From Meiothermus sp. (GTDB lineage Bacteria; Deinococcota; Deinococci; Deinococcales; Thermaceae): a DNA stretch of 64,000 nucleotides. A program made the translations under genes and the position numbers. Where the stretch lies: contig JANRLD010000075.1 in the NCBI GenBank assembly GCA_033762915.1, forward strand, positions 14,276-78,275, read 5' to 3'. How positions within the stretch are numbered: the first letter of the stretch is position 1; each line of letters opens with the position of its first letter. Shown here in pieces: positions 11,494-21,221 of the stretch. The notes below the pieces were generated by a model that was not told the origin of the DNA, did not search any database, and saw only the letters and a list, made by a program, of their open reading frames with translations.

Positions 11494-11525
11494 AAAAAAA
11501 GTGCACACTCCTCGGAGGAGAGTGC
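11494..11525 (-). terminator. Intrinsic terminator upstream of pnp, closing the putative ncRNA
   Basis: Minus-strand hairpin GCACTCTCCTCCGAGGAGTGTGC followed by A and T7. Confidence 0.7.
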
Positions 11526-11765
11526 TCGCGTCCCTCAGGTGGGCCTCATGGGTGAGGGAGGGAGGTTTTGGGCCTGGTCTTGCGTTACGACCGGCGAAAT
11601 GCCGAAACCCGCCCCCATAGATGGGAGCCGATTCGCCTGGTTGTCCGCTGTCGTTCTAATCCGCATGACCGCACTTCTAACGCGGGAGGTCTCGAGAACC
11701 GCCTTGGTTTCCCCTGGTATCAAATCACGGCGAAACCCCAAAACCTCGGTTCCGCCCACCGAGTC
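11494..11765 (-). ncRNA. Putative highly structured RNA, raiA-motif-like
   Basis: Extended -10 TGGTATATT (11772-11780); nested long-range stems 11754-11763/11534-11544 and 11737-11747/11562-11572; internal hairpins; terminator; no credible ORF. Confidence 0.55.
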
Positions 11766-11917
11766 GCCCCTAATATACCACACCGCTTAGCCGAGAACGT
11801 AACGTGGGCGGGAGCTGAGCGGGGAGTCCCGAGGGGCTTTGACTCTGAATCGGCTCGGGACTGGTCGCCCAGAGTTCCTCACAGCTTTCGGTCAGCAAGG
11901 GGGGCTATAATTTGACC

Positions 11918-12514
11918 ATGAGAAACCTCTGGCTGGCACTGTTGGCGGCCGTAGGCTTGTTGGGGGGCTGTGCGCCGGTGGTGCTGGGGGAGAACCCTGC
12001 CCGGCCCTACAGCCTCGAGGACTTCCCGACCTTTACCTCGCCGGTGGGTCAAAACCTCTTTGGCAAACGGGAATACAGCCGCCAACGCTGGGAGGCGGTC
12101 TCGAGGCCGCGCTCCGGTCTAACGGTTGAGTTTTCGCTCAGCATCCTGATTGGCGCGATGCCTCAGCAGGCCTTTGATATCGCCGGGGTTTTCGGCAACC
12201 CCATCGACGCCTGCGCAGCCCGCAGCTCCACCCGCCGAGACGCCCTGGGCCGCTTCTCGGTGGCGCTGGGCGAGGCTCCGGCGGGGTGGGGGGTTGGTAT
12301 CGAGCGGGCCGAGTATGTGTTGGATTGCGGCGAGCGCGTGCAGCAGGCCGACGGGACCGTGGTCCAGCGGTTTACCACCGCGCTCGAGCTGCTCTACCGC
12401 TTTACGGTTCCGCCCAGCCTGGGGCCGGGCACCTACCCGGTGCGCTGGCAGGTGCTCGAGGGAAGTCGAGCGATTGTCACCGAGGACCGACGCTTCGTAC
12501 TGGTAGCCCGCTAG
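11918..12514 (+). CDS. Putative lipoprotein
   Basis: Lipobox LGGC; TATAAT at 11906-11911, 6 nt before ATG (leaderless). Confidence 0.75.
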   Translation: MRNLWLALLAAVGLLGGCAPVVLGENPARPYSLEDFPTFTSPVGQNLFGKREYSRQRWEAVSRPRSGLTVEFSLSILIGAMPQQAFDIAGVFGNPIDACAARSSTRRDALGRFSVALGEAPAGWGVGIERAEYVLDCGERVQQADGTVVQRFTTALELLYRFTVPPSLGPGTYPVRWQVLEGSRAIVTEDRRFVLVAR

Positions 12515-12860
12515 TCGGCCCCAAACCCTGTTTGCCACTCGCCGCCGGCCTGTGGGACCTTCGGAATTTTTACGCCCAACCCGGCCCCCGAGCCACTAAG
12601 ATTCGGGCTTGCAGGCTGCCAGAAGCAGAACAATCCCCCGAACCCCACTTCTTGTCCAGCGCTCGAACGTGCCAGTAAGGCAAGAGAGCCTTCAGGATTG
12701 GGTGATGCCAGACCCCGCCAAGGTAGGTGCCCGAGCGCCGAACGCCACAAAACCTGCGCCGGTGCAAGCACTGGCGCTTGCACCGGCATATGTTCCCTCC
12801 GGTCTTTGGTCTGACGTTTCGATTTTCAGCCGTTGAGATGCTTGGCCCTACGTGTCTGCA

Positions 12861-12950
12861 TAGTTGAACTTCGGCACCCTGCCCTCCAAATCCTGTGGAA
12901 TTGCGCCAGGCACGTATCTGCCGATTCTACACTTCCACCCAGGTGCTTTA
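12861..12950. repeat. Short copy of MITE-like dispersed repeat
   Basis: TAGTTG start, GGAATTGCGCC core and CACTTCCACCCAGG shared with copies at 26848, 34804, 47020. Confidence 0.45.
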
Positions 12951-13472
12951 GTGGGTCAGCATCACCCACTCGTGGACCCGCCGGCTGATCAGGTCAATTT
13001 CGGACTGGCTGAGGATTCCGCCGTTCTTCAGGATTTTTTTGAACCGCTCGAGGGTGATGAGGGTTTTTTGCGTCCACTCTTTGTCTTGCAACAGGTCTTC
13101 GAACAGCTCCCAGTTGTGGGTGATGATGAGGGTTAGGCTGTGGAAGTCGCAGCGGTTGAGCAGGGGGAGGGGATCGATGGGTCGTTTCACGGTTGGAGGA
13201 TGGCCGCGTTTGCGCAGCACAATCTTCGGATTTTTACGGACGTCTTCGGGAAGCCGTTTGAGCCAGTCGTTCGCCTGCTTCTCGTTGAGCACCTTGGCCA
13301 CCGTCCCCCGGACGGTTTGATTAAAGGACTCGATCGCGTTGTAGACCACCCACATGTCACGGAACGAAGCCGGCCGAGCCTCCTCGAGGAAAGCAAAGGA
13401 CCGGGCGGGTTGGCTCGGTTCGACCGGGGGCGGGATGACGGGTTGGATGTAGTTGGTGGCGAGTTGATTCAT
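12948..13472 (-). CDS. Swt1-like HEPN-fold protein lacking the RxxxxH motif
   Basis: Pattern ..VRGTVAKVL..DWLKRLPEDVRK..DFHSLTLIITHNWELFEDL resembles Swt1-type HEPN. Confidence 0.55.
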   Translation of the reverse strand: MNQLATNYIQPVIPPPVEPSQPARSFAFLEEARPASFRDMWVVYNAIESFNQTVRGTVAKVLNEKQANDWLKRLPEDVRKNPKIVLRKRGHPPTVKRPIDPLPLLNRCDFHSLTLIITHNWELFEDLLQDKEWTQKTLITLERFKKILKNGGILSQSEIDLISRRVHEWVMLTH

Positions 13473-13743
13473 GGCTTTCACCCTGAGCGATAGGTTAGCA
13501 AAGCAATGGTTGAACCAAGGTTGTGCCCTGCTCGAGGCGGATTCGAAAGGCGGACTATGCGCGGTTGAAGTTACTTTTATCAAAGCCAAGCCGAGCTGGG
13601 GTTGCTAGCAAAACCGAAACACCTGGCTCCAAAAACCACTCGAGTCAATCAAGGCTTCGCGGGAATACCGTAAGGCCGCCGCCAGGGTGCAGCTTTGAAA
13701 GTGGGACGGTCGGGTATTCTTTGGGGGGCATTGGGAGGTGGGT

Positions 13744-14073
13744 ATGGCAAAGCAGTTGGAGTACAAACTCGAGGACGGCAGCAGTGTGGTGGTTGAGGTG
13801 AGCGAAGGCTCGAGTGGGGGAACGACTCGCACTAGCACTAGGAGCGTGGGCGATAAGGTAGAGCAAGCCAAAGAAACCCTACAAGAAGCCCTACAAGGCT
13901 TGAAGCCCGTGGTGAATGCCCTGCAAAAAACCCTGAACGACATTAATAACCCCGACGAAATTGCGGTGGAGTTTGGGGTGAAGATGGGCGGGAAAACCGG
14001 AATTGTGATCGCCTCGGTGGAAAGCGAAATCAACTTCAAAATTGCACTAAAGTGGAGCAATAAGAAGGGTTAA
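13744..14073 (+). CDS. Trypsin-co-occurring domain protein (Trypco1 / CU044_2847-like)
   Basis: LEDGSSVVVEV..PDEIAVEFGVKM..G..IAS..E.NFKIALKW pattern; SD GGAGGT. Confidence 0.8.
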   Translation: MAKQLEYKLEDGSSVVVEVSEGSSGGTTRTSTRSVGDKVEQAKETLQEALQGLKPVVNALQKTLNDINNPDEIAVEFGVKMGGKTGIVIASVESEINFKIALKWSNKKG

Positions 14074-16628
14074 CGCTCGAGCAAAACCAAGTTTTTCTGT
14101 GCCTCGAGGTCGGGGATTTGAGCTTGACCCATTTCAAAAGCGGTCTTGATGTCGTGTTCAAACTTGGCGAGGGCTTGATAGAACCCTTCGGCAAACGCGA
14201 TGGCGTGTCTATCGTCAAACGCTTTGCGGTATGCGATGACATAGGGAACATGCTCGAGCAGCTTTTTGGCCTTTTTCTTGGTGTAGCAAGCATTTAGAAT
14301 CACGCACCGAAGCCGCGACGCATTGACGTTACGAATCATTGTGACGAGGCTCTCGAGCGGCATAAACTCGCTGTTGCCTGCCTCGTCCAAAACCACCAAC
14401 TCGCCGTCCTCGCTGCCATGACCCGCAAAGTGAAGAATGCTTGGATTGATCGTCTGTAGTGCCTCGCTGATGTTGATGGATTCGGTTAGGGCTTCAATCT
14501 GTAAGTCGAATTTGTCTTTGTGTTTCGCAGTACCAACTTGTCGTTTTATCCTGCCCAATTCTCTGAGTAGCTGTAAACTATCTTGGTCAGATGGGTCGGA
14601 GGGCAGAAACAAAACCACATTCGGCTCAGCTTCCAATGCAGGTATCCAAGGTTTCACAGTTTTTTCCTCGACGGCAGTTTGTTCGGGTGGGAGGAGCCAC
14701 TCGAGGACAAAACTGGGGTTTCCAGCCAAGCTCCAAAGCACGGAGTTGTTTTGTCTATCAGCGAGTTTCAACAGCTTTTCGACTGGGGTGCTGGGGTTTT
14801 CAGCCAATCTCCAAAGCACGTCGGTGTCTTGGCTTTCAGCGAGTTTCAACAGCGCTTCGACTGGGGTGCTGGGGTTTTCAGCCAATCTCCTAAGCACGTA
14901 GGTGTTTTGGCTAGCAGCGAGTTTCAACAGCACTTCGACTGGGGTGCTGGGGTTTTCAGCCAATCTCCTAAGCACGCCGGTGTCTTGGCTATCAGCGAGT
15001 TTCAACAGCGCTTCGACTGGGGTGCTGGGGTTTCCAGCCAATCTCACAAGCACGTCGATGTCTTGGCTAGCAGCGAGTTTCAACAGCGCTTCGACTGGGG
15101 TGCTGGGGTTTTCAGCCAAGCTCCTAAGCACGTCGGTGTCTTGGCTAGCAGCGAGTTTCAACAGCATGGCTCGAGGTGCTTGTTTATCTTGGGCTATCTT
15201 GAGGTGTGCTATCGAATGGTTGGGCAATCTATTTTGTAATAACATTGTTGTTTTATGGCATTCAATAGCCGAGGCAGCGTACAAGTGCATGGCTTGCACA
15301 ACCGCACTGGGCTTGCCTTCGCTCCAACTGTTGAGTAGTGCCTCAAAAGGCTTGGAAACATTACCCGTTTTTTTCCAAGCAATTGCTGTTGCCAGCGCCA
15401 AGGTTGGCTCGAGACCCTCCTTATCCCAATAGTTCACCAAGGCTTGCTCGAGGCGCTTGCTCACATCTCTTTCTTCCCCACTCACGCCCAAAACCATTTC
15501 TTGAGCCAATGCATATTCTTGAAACGTAAGGTGAACAAAGCGGTGCTGGCTGGAATCTTTGCCTACTTTTACCAGCAAACCTGCCTCGAGCAAGGCTTTT
15601 ACGGTTTGATCTTTTTGCTCGGGGCTTAGCTTGGCTTTGCTTGCTGCCTGCTCCAAAATTCCGTCGCCAATCACCACCTCGAGTTGATCACCCATCAAGG
15701 TTGCCAAGCCCAAAGCCCGTAAAAAACGGTCTCGGGAGGTGCGCAGGCTGGGTTTGTCTTCAATCTGGCTTTTGTCTATGGCGTGTTACCATAGGTTTTC
15801 TACCGCTCGGTCGTAAAAATCAGCCCTCGAGGCCGGAAGCCTAATTGCATGGGTTGTGTCATCCAAGGCCACTCGGGCAATCAAATCCAGCAGCAAGGCA
15901 TTGGCCGCCAAAGACTTAAGCTGGGCGTTACCTTTGATGTTCTTGGCTAACTCCTTGGCGGTTGCTTTGGGCTTCTCGTTCACCTCGGCCCACTGCACCA
16001 AATAGTCCTCTTGTTCAAGGGCAGTAAAACCCAACAGGGTATAGGGCTGGGGGATACTTAGCTCTTTGTTAAAGAGGTTCTCGAGCTGGCTATTCCAGAC
16101 ATGGGTGCGGCAGCTTAGCACCACCAAGGCGCTCTCGCTGGCTTCCTTTACGGCCTGGGCGAGGCGGCTGGGCCAGCGGTTGTGGGTACGCAACTCGTCC
16201 AGCGCATCTATCAAAATGACGGGTTTTTCCAACTTCCCTTGCTCGAGTTGCTCGATGAGCTGGCGCGGTTTGCGTCTCGAGTCTTGTCGCAGTATTTCCA
16301 GCAGAATATCGGCTCGGTTTTCCAACTCGGTCAACAGGCCGCATTCACCCAACAGGGTGGGGCGCTCGAGATTCTTTTGCCACTCCTTAAGCAAGGTGCT
16401 TTTGCCCTGCCCCGGCACACCCAGTATCAGCACCACCCCCCGCTCGGGCAGGCGGCGCATCACATCTTCGGCGCGTTGGCGGGATTCTTGGGGCTTGGGG
16501 GCAAAGCTGTGCTCGTCCCACTCATAGATCAAAAAGGCGGGTTTGTCCTCCCGCTCGCCGTCACGGCTGCGGGTTTTGGGGCTGGGGGTTCCCAGCCAGC
16601 GCGGCAGACGAATCGGGGGGTGGCTCAT
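14070..16628 (-). pseudogene. NACHT-type STAND NTPase + 26-aa helical repeats + CHAT protease, interrupted by one in-frame TAA at 15786-15788
   Basis: Walker A GVPGQGKST, Walker B LIDALDE, SCR, FVHLTFQEY; CHAT HFAGHG and LNAC; both ORFs in the same frame with 24 open codons between them. Confidence 0.85.
14697..15164 (-). repeat. Six 78-bp tandem coding repeats (LRV/HEAT-like LLKLAxSQxxxVLxxLAxNPSTPVEx)
   Basis: Near-identical DNA units read directly. Confidence 0.95.
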
Positions 16629-16962
16629 GGCGAATAATGCGGGAGAATCGTAGATTTAGTTTACAAGATTACCCCTCGGCATTGGCGATTTTTCTCGGTA
16701 AAGGCGAAGGTCAAGGGCTAATCCCCCCTACCCCCCTTGAGTGCTGTCACCATCAAGTTGACGAGCATTGGCTCGAGAATCGGTTGGCCCAAAGGGGGGC
16801 AGCCCACGACCGTAGTAACTCGAGTTGGAACGCAGTTCTTTGCCCCCCTTTCGCCATGCCTGCTCGATAACCGATTACTTGACTGACGCTTCGATGGTCG
16901 CTCTAAGGGGCGGAGCAAAGCGGAGGGTGTTTACATCGGTAGGGGGGATTGCCGTTGACGTT

Positions 16963-16994
16963 AAAAAGCCCCTCGAGACAACCTCGAGGGGCTT
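16963..16994 (-). terminator. Intrinsic terminator after subtilase gene
   Basis: AAGCCCCTCGAG..CTCGAGGGGCTT hairpin with T-run on the minus strand. Confidence 0.75.
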
Positions 16995-17007
16995 CCCAAG
17001 TGGCACT

Positions 17008-18612
17008 TCAACAACCCGCAGGGTCGTACCAAACCATGCCGTTGCTGCTGGCTCCGCCGTTGAAGACGGGGTTCAGGTTGGACTTGGTCTCGAGGCAGGT
17101 CTTGAGCGCGGCGGGGCCAAGGGTGCGGCCTGACTGTTGCAGGTAGAGGGCAGCAATGCCGGTCACGCCTGGGGCGGCGAAGGAAGAGCCGCTGATCCCA
17201 ACGTCTTGGTACAGCAGCGGGTTGCCCCCAACGATGCAGCGGAAGCCCAGGGCGGTGGTGGGGCAGAGGTTGGCCCCGGCGGCAAAGAGGTTGGCGTTTT
17301 GGCGGGTGTTGTAGCCTGCTACCCGCCAGGTGTTGCTGGCGTTGTCGAGGCCCGTGCCCGCCACCGCGACCACATTAGCCAGCGGAAGCGAGACGTTGCC
17401 CAGGCCCTGGGCATACCCGGCGGGGAAGTGGTTGTCGGCAAAGGGGTGGTTGCCACTCGAGGCCACCACCAGTACGTCGTTCTCCATGGCCTTGAGGGCT
17501 CCATATACGGCAGTGCTCGAGAGCGGTGCCCCCAGGCTCAGGTTAACGATGTCGTTGCGCAGATTGGGCGCAGCCGAGGCCGACTGGCCTATCTCCAGCA
17601 GACCTCTGGCCACGCTCGAGGCGGGGCAGTTGCCGTTGTCGTCGCAGACTTTTTTCTCGAAGGTGCTTACGGCGGGGGCCAACAGCTTGATCAGGCTCTC
17701 GATGTGGTTGTCGTGGTCGACGAAGTTGACCGAGGCAGCGCACTGGATTTTGTCGTTGACCCCCAGGCCGCTGCCCATCACGTGTACCCGGATGTTGGTG
17801 CCGTCCAGGCTGCCCCGGTTGTTGGCGTTGCTGGCGGCTTGATAGTTGGGGGCGGTCAGGTTGAAGAAGTTGCCGCTGGTCAGGGGATTCAGCCACTTTT
17901 CGATCTGCTCGCAACTGGGGTCGAAGGAACCCGCCCCGCTGGGGTCCAGGCTGCTCACGGTGTTGCGGTCTACGCTTTGGGTGGGGCGGGCGGCGGCGTA
18001 GATGCCGAGGGCTTGTTGGGTTCCGGCGCTGGTGAAACGCACTGTGCGCAGGCAAACCGCTTGGTCGCCCACGGTGTATTTGAAGGGGCCTTCGACGTTG
18101 GAGAACCCGGCAGGCAGGTTCAGGCACTGACCGTTGCTGGCGGGTGGGCCGAGCACCGTAAGCTCGCCTGGCTCTACCGAGCCTAGAGGTTGGTAGTCCT
18201 GGCTGGCCACCAGGCTGTTGTTGCTGTTGCGGAACACCTGAACCAACACCGTGCCGCGATTGGCGTAGGCGTTTAACTCGGTGGACGTGGGGGTGGTGAG
18301 GTAGGTGTTGACATCGACGCTGGCGGCAGCGCTCAGGCTGGGGGCGGGAGGAGCGGGGGGCAAGTCAAAGACCACCTTGCCGTTGCTTCGCGAAACCACC
18401 GGAAGGGTAAGGGTACCGTACCTAACCGTGACCGGAAAGTTGCTGGGCACGGCCAGTTCAACCCGCTCATTCCAGGCAACGTTGGTCATAAGGGCTGCCG
18501 CAGAGACCCCCGCCTCCTGCTTGAGGGCTTCCGCGGGGAGGGCCTCGAGGGTAGAGCTTCCACAGGCCGATAACACCACCACCAACGCTGCCCCAAACCA
18601 GTTTTTATACAT
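17008..18612 (-). CDS. Subtilisin-like (S8) lipoprotein
   Basis: Lipobox LSAC; IVNLSLG, VVASSGN, SGSSFAAPGVTG; alternative start at 18660. Confidence 0.85.
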   Translation of the reverse strand: MYKNWFGAALVVVLSACGSSTLEALPAEALKQEAGVSAAALMTNVAWNERVELAVPSNFPVTVRYGTLTLPVVSRSNGKVVFDLPPAPPAPSLSAAASVDVNTYLTTPTSTELNAYANRGTVLVQVFRNSNNSLVASQDYQPLGSVEPGELTVLGPPASNGQCLNLPAGFSNVEGPFKYTVGDQAVCLRTVRFTSAGTQQALGIYAAARPTQSVDRNTVSSLDPSGAGSFDPSCEQIEKWLNPLTSGNFFNLTAPNYQAASNANNRGSLDGTNIRVHVMGSGLGVNDKIQCAASVNFVDHDNHIESLIKLLAPAVSTFEKKVCDDNGNCPASSVARGLLEIGQSASAAPNLRNDIVNLSLGAPLSSTAVYGALKAMENDVLVVASSGNHPFADNHFPAGYAQGLGNVSLPLANVVAVAGTGLDNASNTWRVAGYNTRQNANLFAAGANLCPTTALGFRCIVGGNPLLYQDVGISGSSFAAPGVTGIAALYLQQSGRTLGPAALKTCLETKSNLNPVFNGGASSNGMVWYDPAGC

Positions 18613-18681
18613 CCCCCACCCTCCCTGATCTTTCGCTTTTGTAAAAACAGTTGGTTTCATACCGCCTCCCCTTTGGTTAAC

Positions 18682-18713
18682 AGAGTAGAAATTGGGTCTT
18701 AACGGGGTCTTAA
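18682..18713 (-). promoter_or_regulatory. SARP-type site: TTAAGAC x2 + -10 TACTCT
   Basis: Heptamers 18696-18702 and 18707-18713, 8 bp to -10. Confidence 0.75.
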
Positions 18714-18720
18714 CAGGTAT

Positions 18721-20883
18721 CTAGGCCCATTTGGACGGCCCGATCAAGCTGAACAAGAGGTCTTTGACCGGGCGGGTGTCGTTGATGGACCGCAGGGCTC
18801 TCTGGGCGCTGCCGACCCGCTCGGACTTGTCCGCTATCCCCAGCAAACTGTAGAGTTCGTCCAGCTTTCCCAACAGCCGGTGCGCCTTGGATGGGTTGTT
18901 CTCTTGCAGAGACTTTTCGATGTTTCGTGCCAGCACCGTTTCATAGTCTTTGATGTATACCGCCAGGGCATCGGCATGGTTGCTCTGGCGCAGCAAATCA
19001 ATGGCGACTTCAATTCCGTCTGGGTCGTTGTCCAGGAAAGCGATGTTTCCGACTGCCCTGCCCTGAATCACAAACTCACCGGCTTGTGCGGCGCATGAGA
19101 TGGCTTTGGAAAACTGTTCTCGAGCCTCGTCTATCTTTTCCTGACCCAGATACACCATCCCTAAGTTAAGGTGGAGCCGCGCGGAAATCTCGAGGGTGTT
19201 GGCTCGTTCGGCGTGCTCATGGGCTTCGACAAAGTACTCCTCGGCCTTGTCCAGCTGCGTGCGCCGTTGCCACAACAGCCCAATGTTGAGCAGAATCCGC
19301 GCCCTTAAGGTCGGGTTGTCCCCGGTCTGCTCGAGGGCTTGCAGGGTTTGCTGGTAGGCTTGTTCGGCATTGGCCTGGAGCGCCTCGAGGCGTTCGGCGC
19401 TCTGACCCTCTTTTTCTGCCAGCTGGGCCAGTTCGTCCAGCGCCATCGCGTGGTTGTTCAGGCTGCCTACCCAGCGGTTCTTCTCGCCCGCCGTCAGGTA
19501 AAGGCTGGCGGCCTTTTTGAAGCTCGAGGCCGCGTCCAGGAAGCGCTCCTCGGAGTGGGCCAGATAGCCCAGGGTGTTATTGGCGGTGGCCTTGGCCCAC
19601 AGCCAGTCCAGCCCGCTTTGCACTGCTTGCTCGGCGGCGGCCCTGGCCTCATGGCTCTTGCCCGTGCGCCACAGCAGCACCGAGCGCAGCGCGACCATGC
19701 TGGGGGTGTGCTGGGCCTCGGGGATATCGGCCGTGAGCACCAAAGCCTCTTTGAAACGGCCTAAGCGCTCGAGGGCGTAGGCTTCAAGGAAGCGCACCTG
19801 GGGTTCGGGGTCGGCCTCGGCCACCTGCTCGGCAGCGCGGAGTTCACCCAAAACCTCCAAGGTCTCCGCAAACTTCAGACCGTTCATCAGGGTTTGGGCT
19901 TGGGCAAGGTAGGCGGTGCGGGCCCGGGGGAAGTCGCCAGCCCCCCCGAAGCCGTGGGTACTTTGGTGAATCTGTCGGTAGAGCGCGAAGGCTTGCTCGG
20001 GCGGAGTCGAGCGGGCCAGTGAGAGCAGCAACGGCACGCGCTCGGTGGGGTGCTGCTCGAGCCAGCGCAGGGCCATCTCGCCTGCCAGAACCGCCGTGCT
20101 CGAGCTAATAAAACCGCCCAAAATTAGTTCTCCCCGCGCTTCGGAAATGTCGCCGATGGAGAGTTTTAGGGCGTTGCGGGTGATGGTCAGGTTGGGCTGG
20201 GTCTGCAAGGCCAGCGCCAAGAAGACCTGTTGGGCAGTGGGGGAGAGGTCTTCGAAGCCGGTCTTGAGGTCGGTCTCGAGGTTTGAGGCCAGACTGCTAC
20301 CGGTCTGGGCCAGGAGGTGTTGGAGCCTCGAGAGGGTGGCGGGCTCCATCTGGGGCGCGTCGGGCAGGCTGTAGGCCCGTTCGGCCAGGGTGCGGGCTTC
20401 ACGGCGGTCTCCTTTGGACAGTTGGGCCTCAGCCAGTTGCAAGAGGGCACTCTGCGCCTTCTGGGCCAGCACCTCGCGCTGTTCCAATATCCAGTCCAGC
20501 AGTTCGGGGCTGACCTCGAGGTCCACCAGCGGCTTGCCCAGGTCGTGCAGGAAGGAGCCAGAGTACAGCTCTAGGGCCTGCTCGAGCTGGCCTTGCTCCA
20601 TCAACTCCACAAACTCCACCGCGTCGCATTTCAACCGTACCGGGATGGGGTCGAGGCCGGCCTTGTCGGGGATGATGCCCGCGCCGCCCTCCTTCTTGAG
20701 TTGGTTGAGCACCACTGAGAGCTGGCCCAGACGCTTCTGGGTCTCGCCCTCAGTCCAGAATAGCTCGGCCAGGCGGCGGCGCTCCTGCGGCCCCTCGAGG
20801 GCGATGTAGGCCAGCATCAGCAAGGGCTTAGGGCGGGAGAAGCCCGACTCCAGCCTTGCCCTGCCGAAGGTCTCGAGTTTCAT
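18721..20883 (-). CDS. SARP/BTAD transcriptional regulator with C-terminal TPRs, no obvious NTPase
   Basis: LLMLAYIALEGPQERRRLAELFW, ALELYSGSFL, TPR repeats; start could be 20970. Confidence 0.85.
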   Translation of the reverse strand: MKLETFGRARLESGFSRPKPLLMLAYIALEGPQERRRLAELFWTEGETQKRLGQLSVVLNQLKKEGGAGIIPDKAGLDPIPVRLKCDAVEFVELMEQGQLEQALELYSGSFLHDLGKPLVDLEVSPELLDWILEQREVLAQKAQSALLQLAEAQLSKGDRREARTLAERAYSLPDAPQMEPATLSRLQHLLAQTGSSLASNLETDLKTGFEDLSPTAQQVFLALALQTQPNLTITRNALKLSIGDISEARGELILGGFISSSTAVLAGEMALRWLEQHPTERVPLLLSLARSTPPEQAFALYRQIHQSTHGFGGAGDFPRARTAYLAQAQTLMNGLKFAETLEVLGELRAAEQVAEADPEPQVRFLEAYALERLGRFKEALVLTADIPEAQHTPSMVALRSVLLWRTGKSHEARAAAEQAVQSGLDWLWAKATANNTLGYLAHSEERFLDAASSFKKAASLYLTAGEKNRWVGSLNNHAMALDELAQLAEKEGQSAERLEALQANAEQAYQQTLQALEQTGDNPTLRARILLNIGLLWQRRTQLDKAEEYFVEAHEHAERANTLEISARLHLNLGMVYLGQEKIDEAREQFSKAISCAAQAGEFVIQGRAVGNIAFLDNDPDGIEVAIDLLRQSNHADALAVYIKDYETVLARNIEKSLQENNPSKAHRLLGKLDELYSLLGIADKSERVGSAQRALRSINDTRPVKDLLFSLIGPSKWA

Positions 20884-21069
20884 GTGAAGTGAATTTACCA
20901 AAACCAGCCCCTCCAGCGCCATTTTGGGTGCTGTTATGAGGGTGTTACTGGGTTTGGGCAGGGCAGTCATGGGTGGCCTTTGGGTATCGCTCTAGGGGTC
21001 TTTCGTTTCACCAGCGTTTCAAAGTTGGAAAGGGGTCGAAGGTCTAGGAGTGATTCTTTCTATGGAGTC

Positions 21070-21101
21070 AGCCTAAAACCACAGCGTTCCACCAGCGTTC
21101 C
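21070..21101 (-). promoter_or_regulatory. Second-family SARP-type site: GGAACGC x2 + -10 TAGGCT, facing the BTAD-TPR gene
   Basis: Heptamers 21084-21090 and 21095-21101, 8 bp to -10. Confidence 0.7.
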
Positions 21102-21127
21102 ATCCGCATAGCAGCCGGGACGGCTTG

Positions 21128-21170
21128 TTAAGACCGCATTTAGACCTTGTTTAGACCCCCCATCCAGACT
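21128..21170 (+). promoter_or_regulatory. SARP-type site: TT(A/T)AGAC x3 + -10 CAGACT
   Basis: Heptamers at 21128, 21139, 21150; 8 bp to -10. Confidence 0.75.
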
Positions 21171-21221
21171 GTCCTTACCAAACAGCCAAGCGAGCTGAAT
21201 GCGAAAGGCGAGGTGAGGGAA

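Noticed and set aside
11535..11783. rpsO or another ORF upstream of pnp
   Set aside because: Translations show no S15 similarity; the region is better explained as structured RNA.
14697..15164. Regular repeats as a possible CRISPR array
   Set aside because: Contiguous 78-bp in-frame coding units with no unique spacers and no cas genes.
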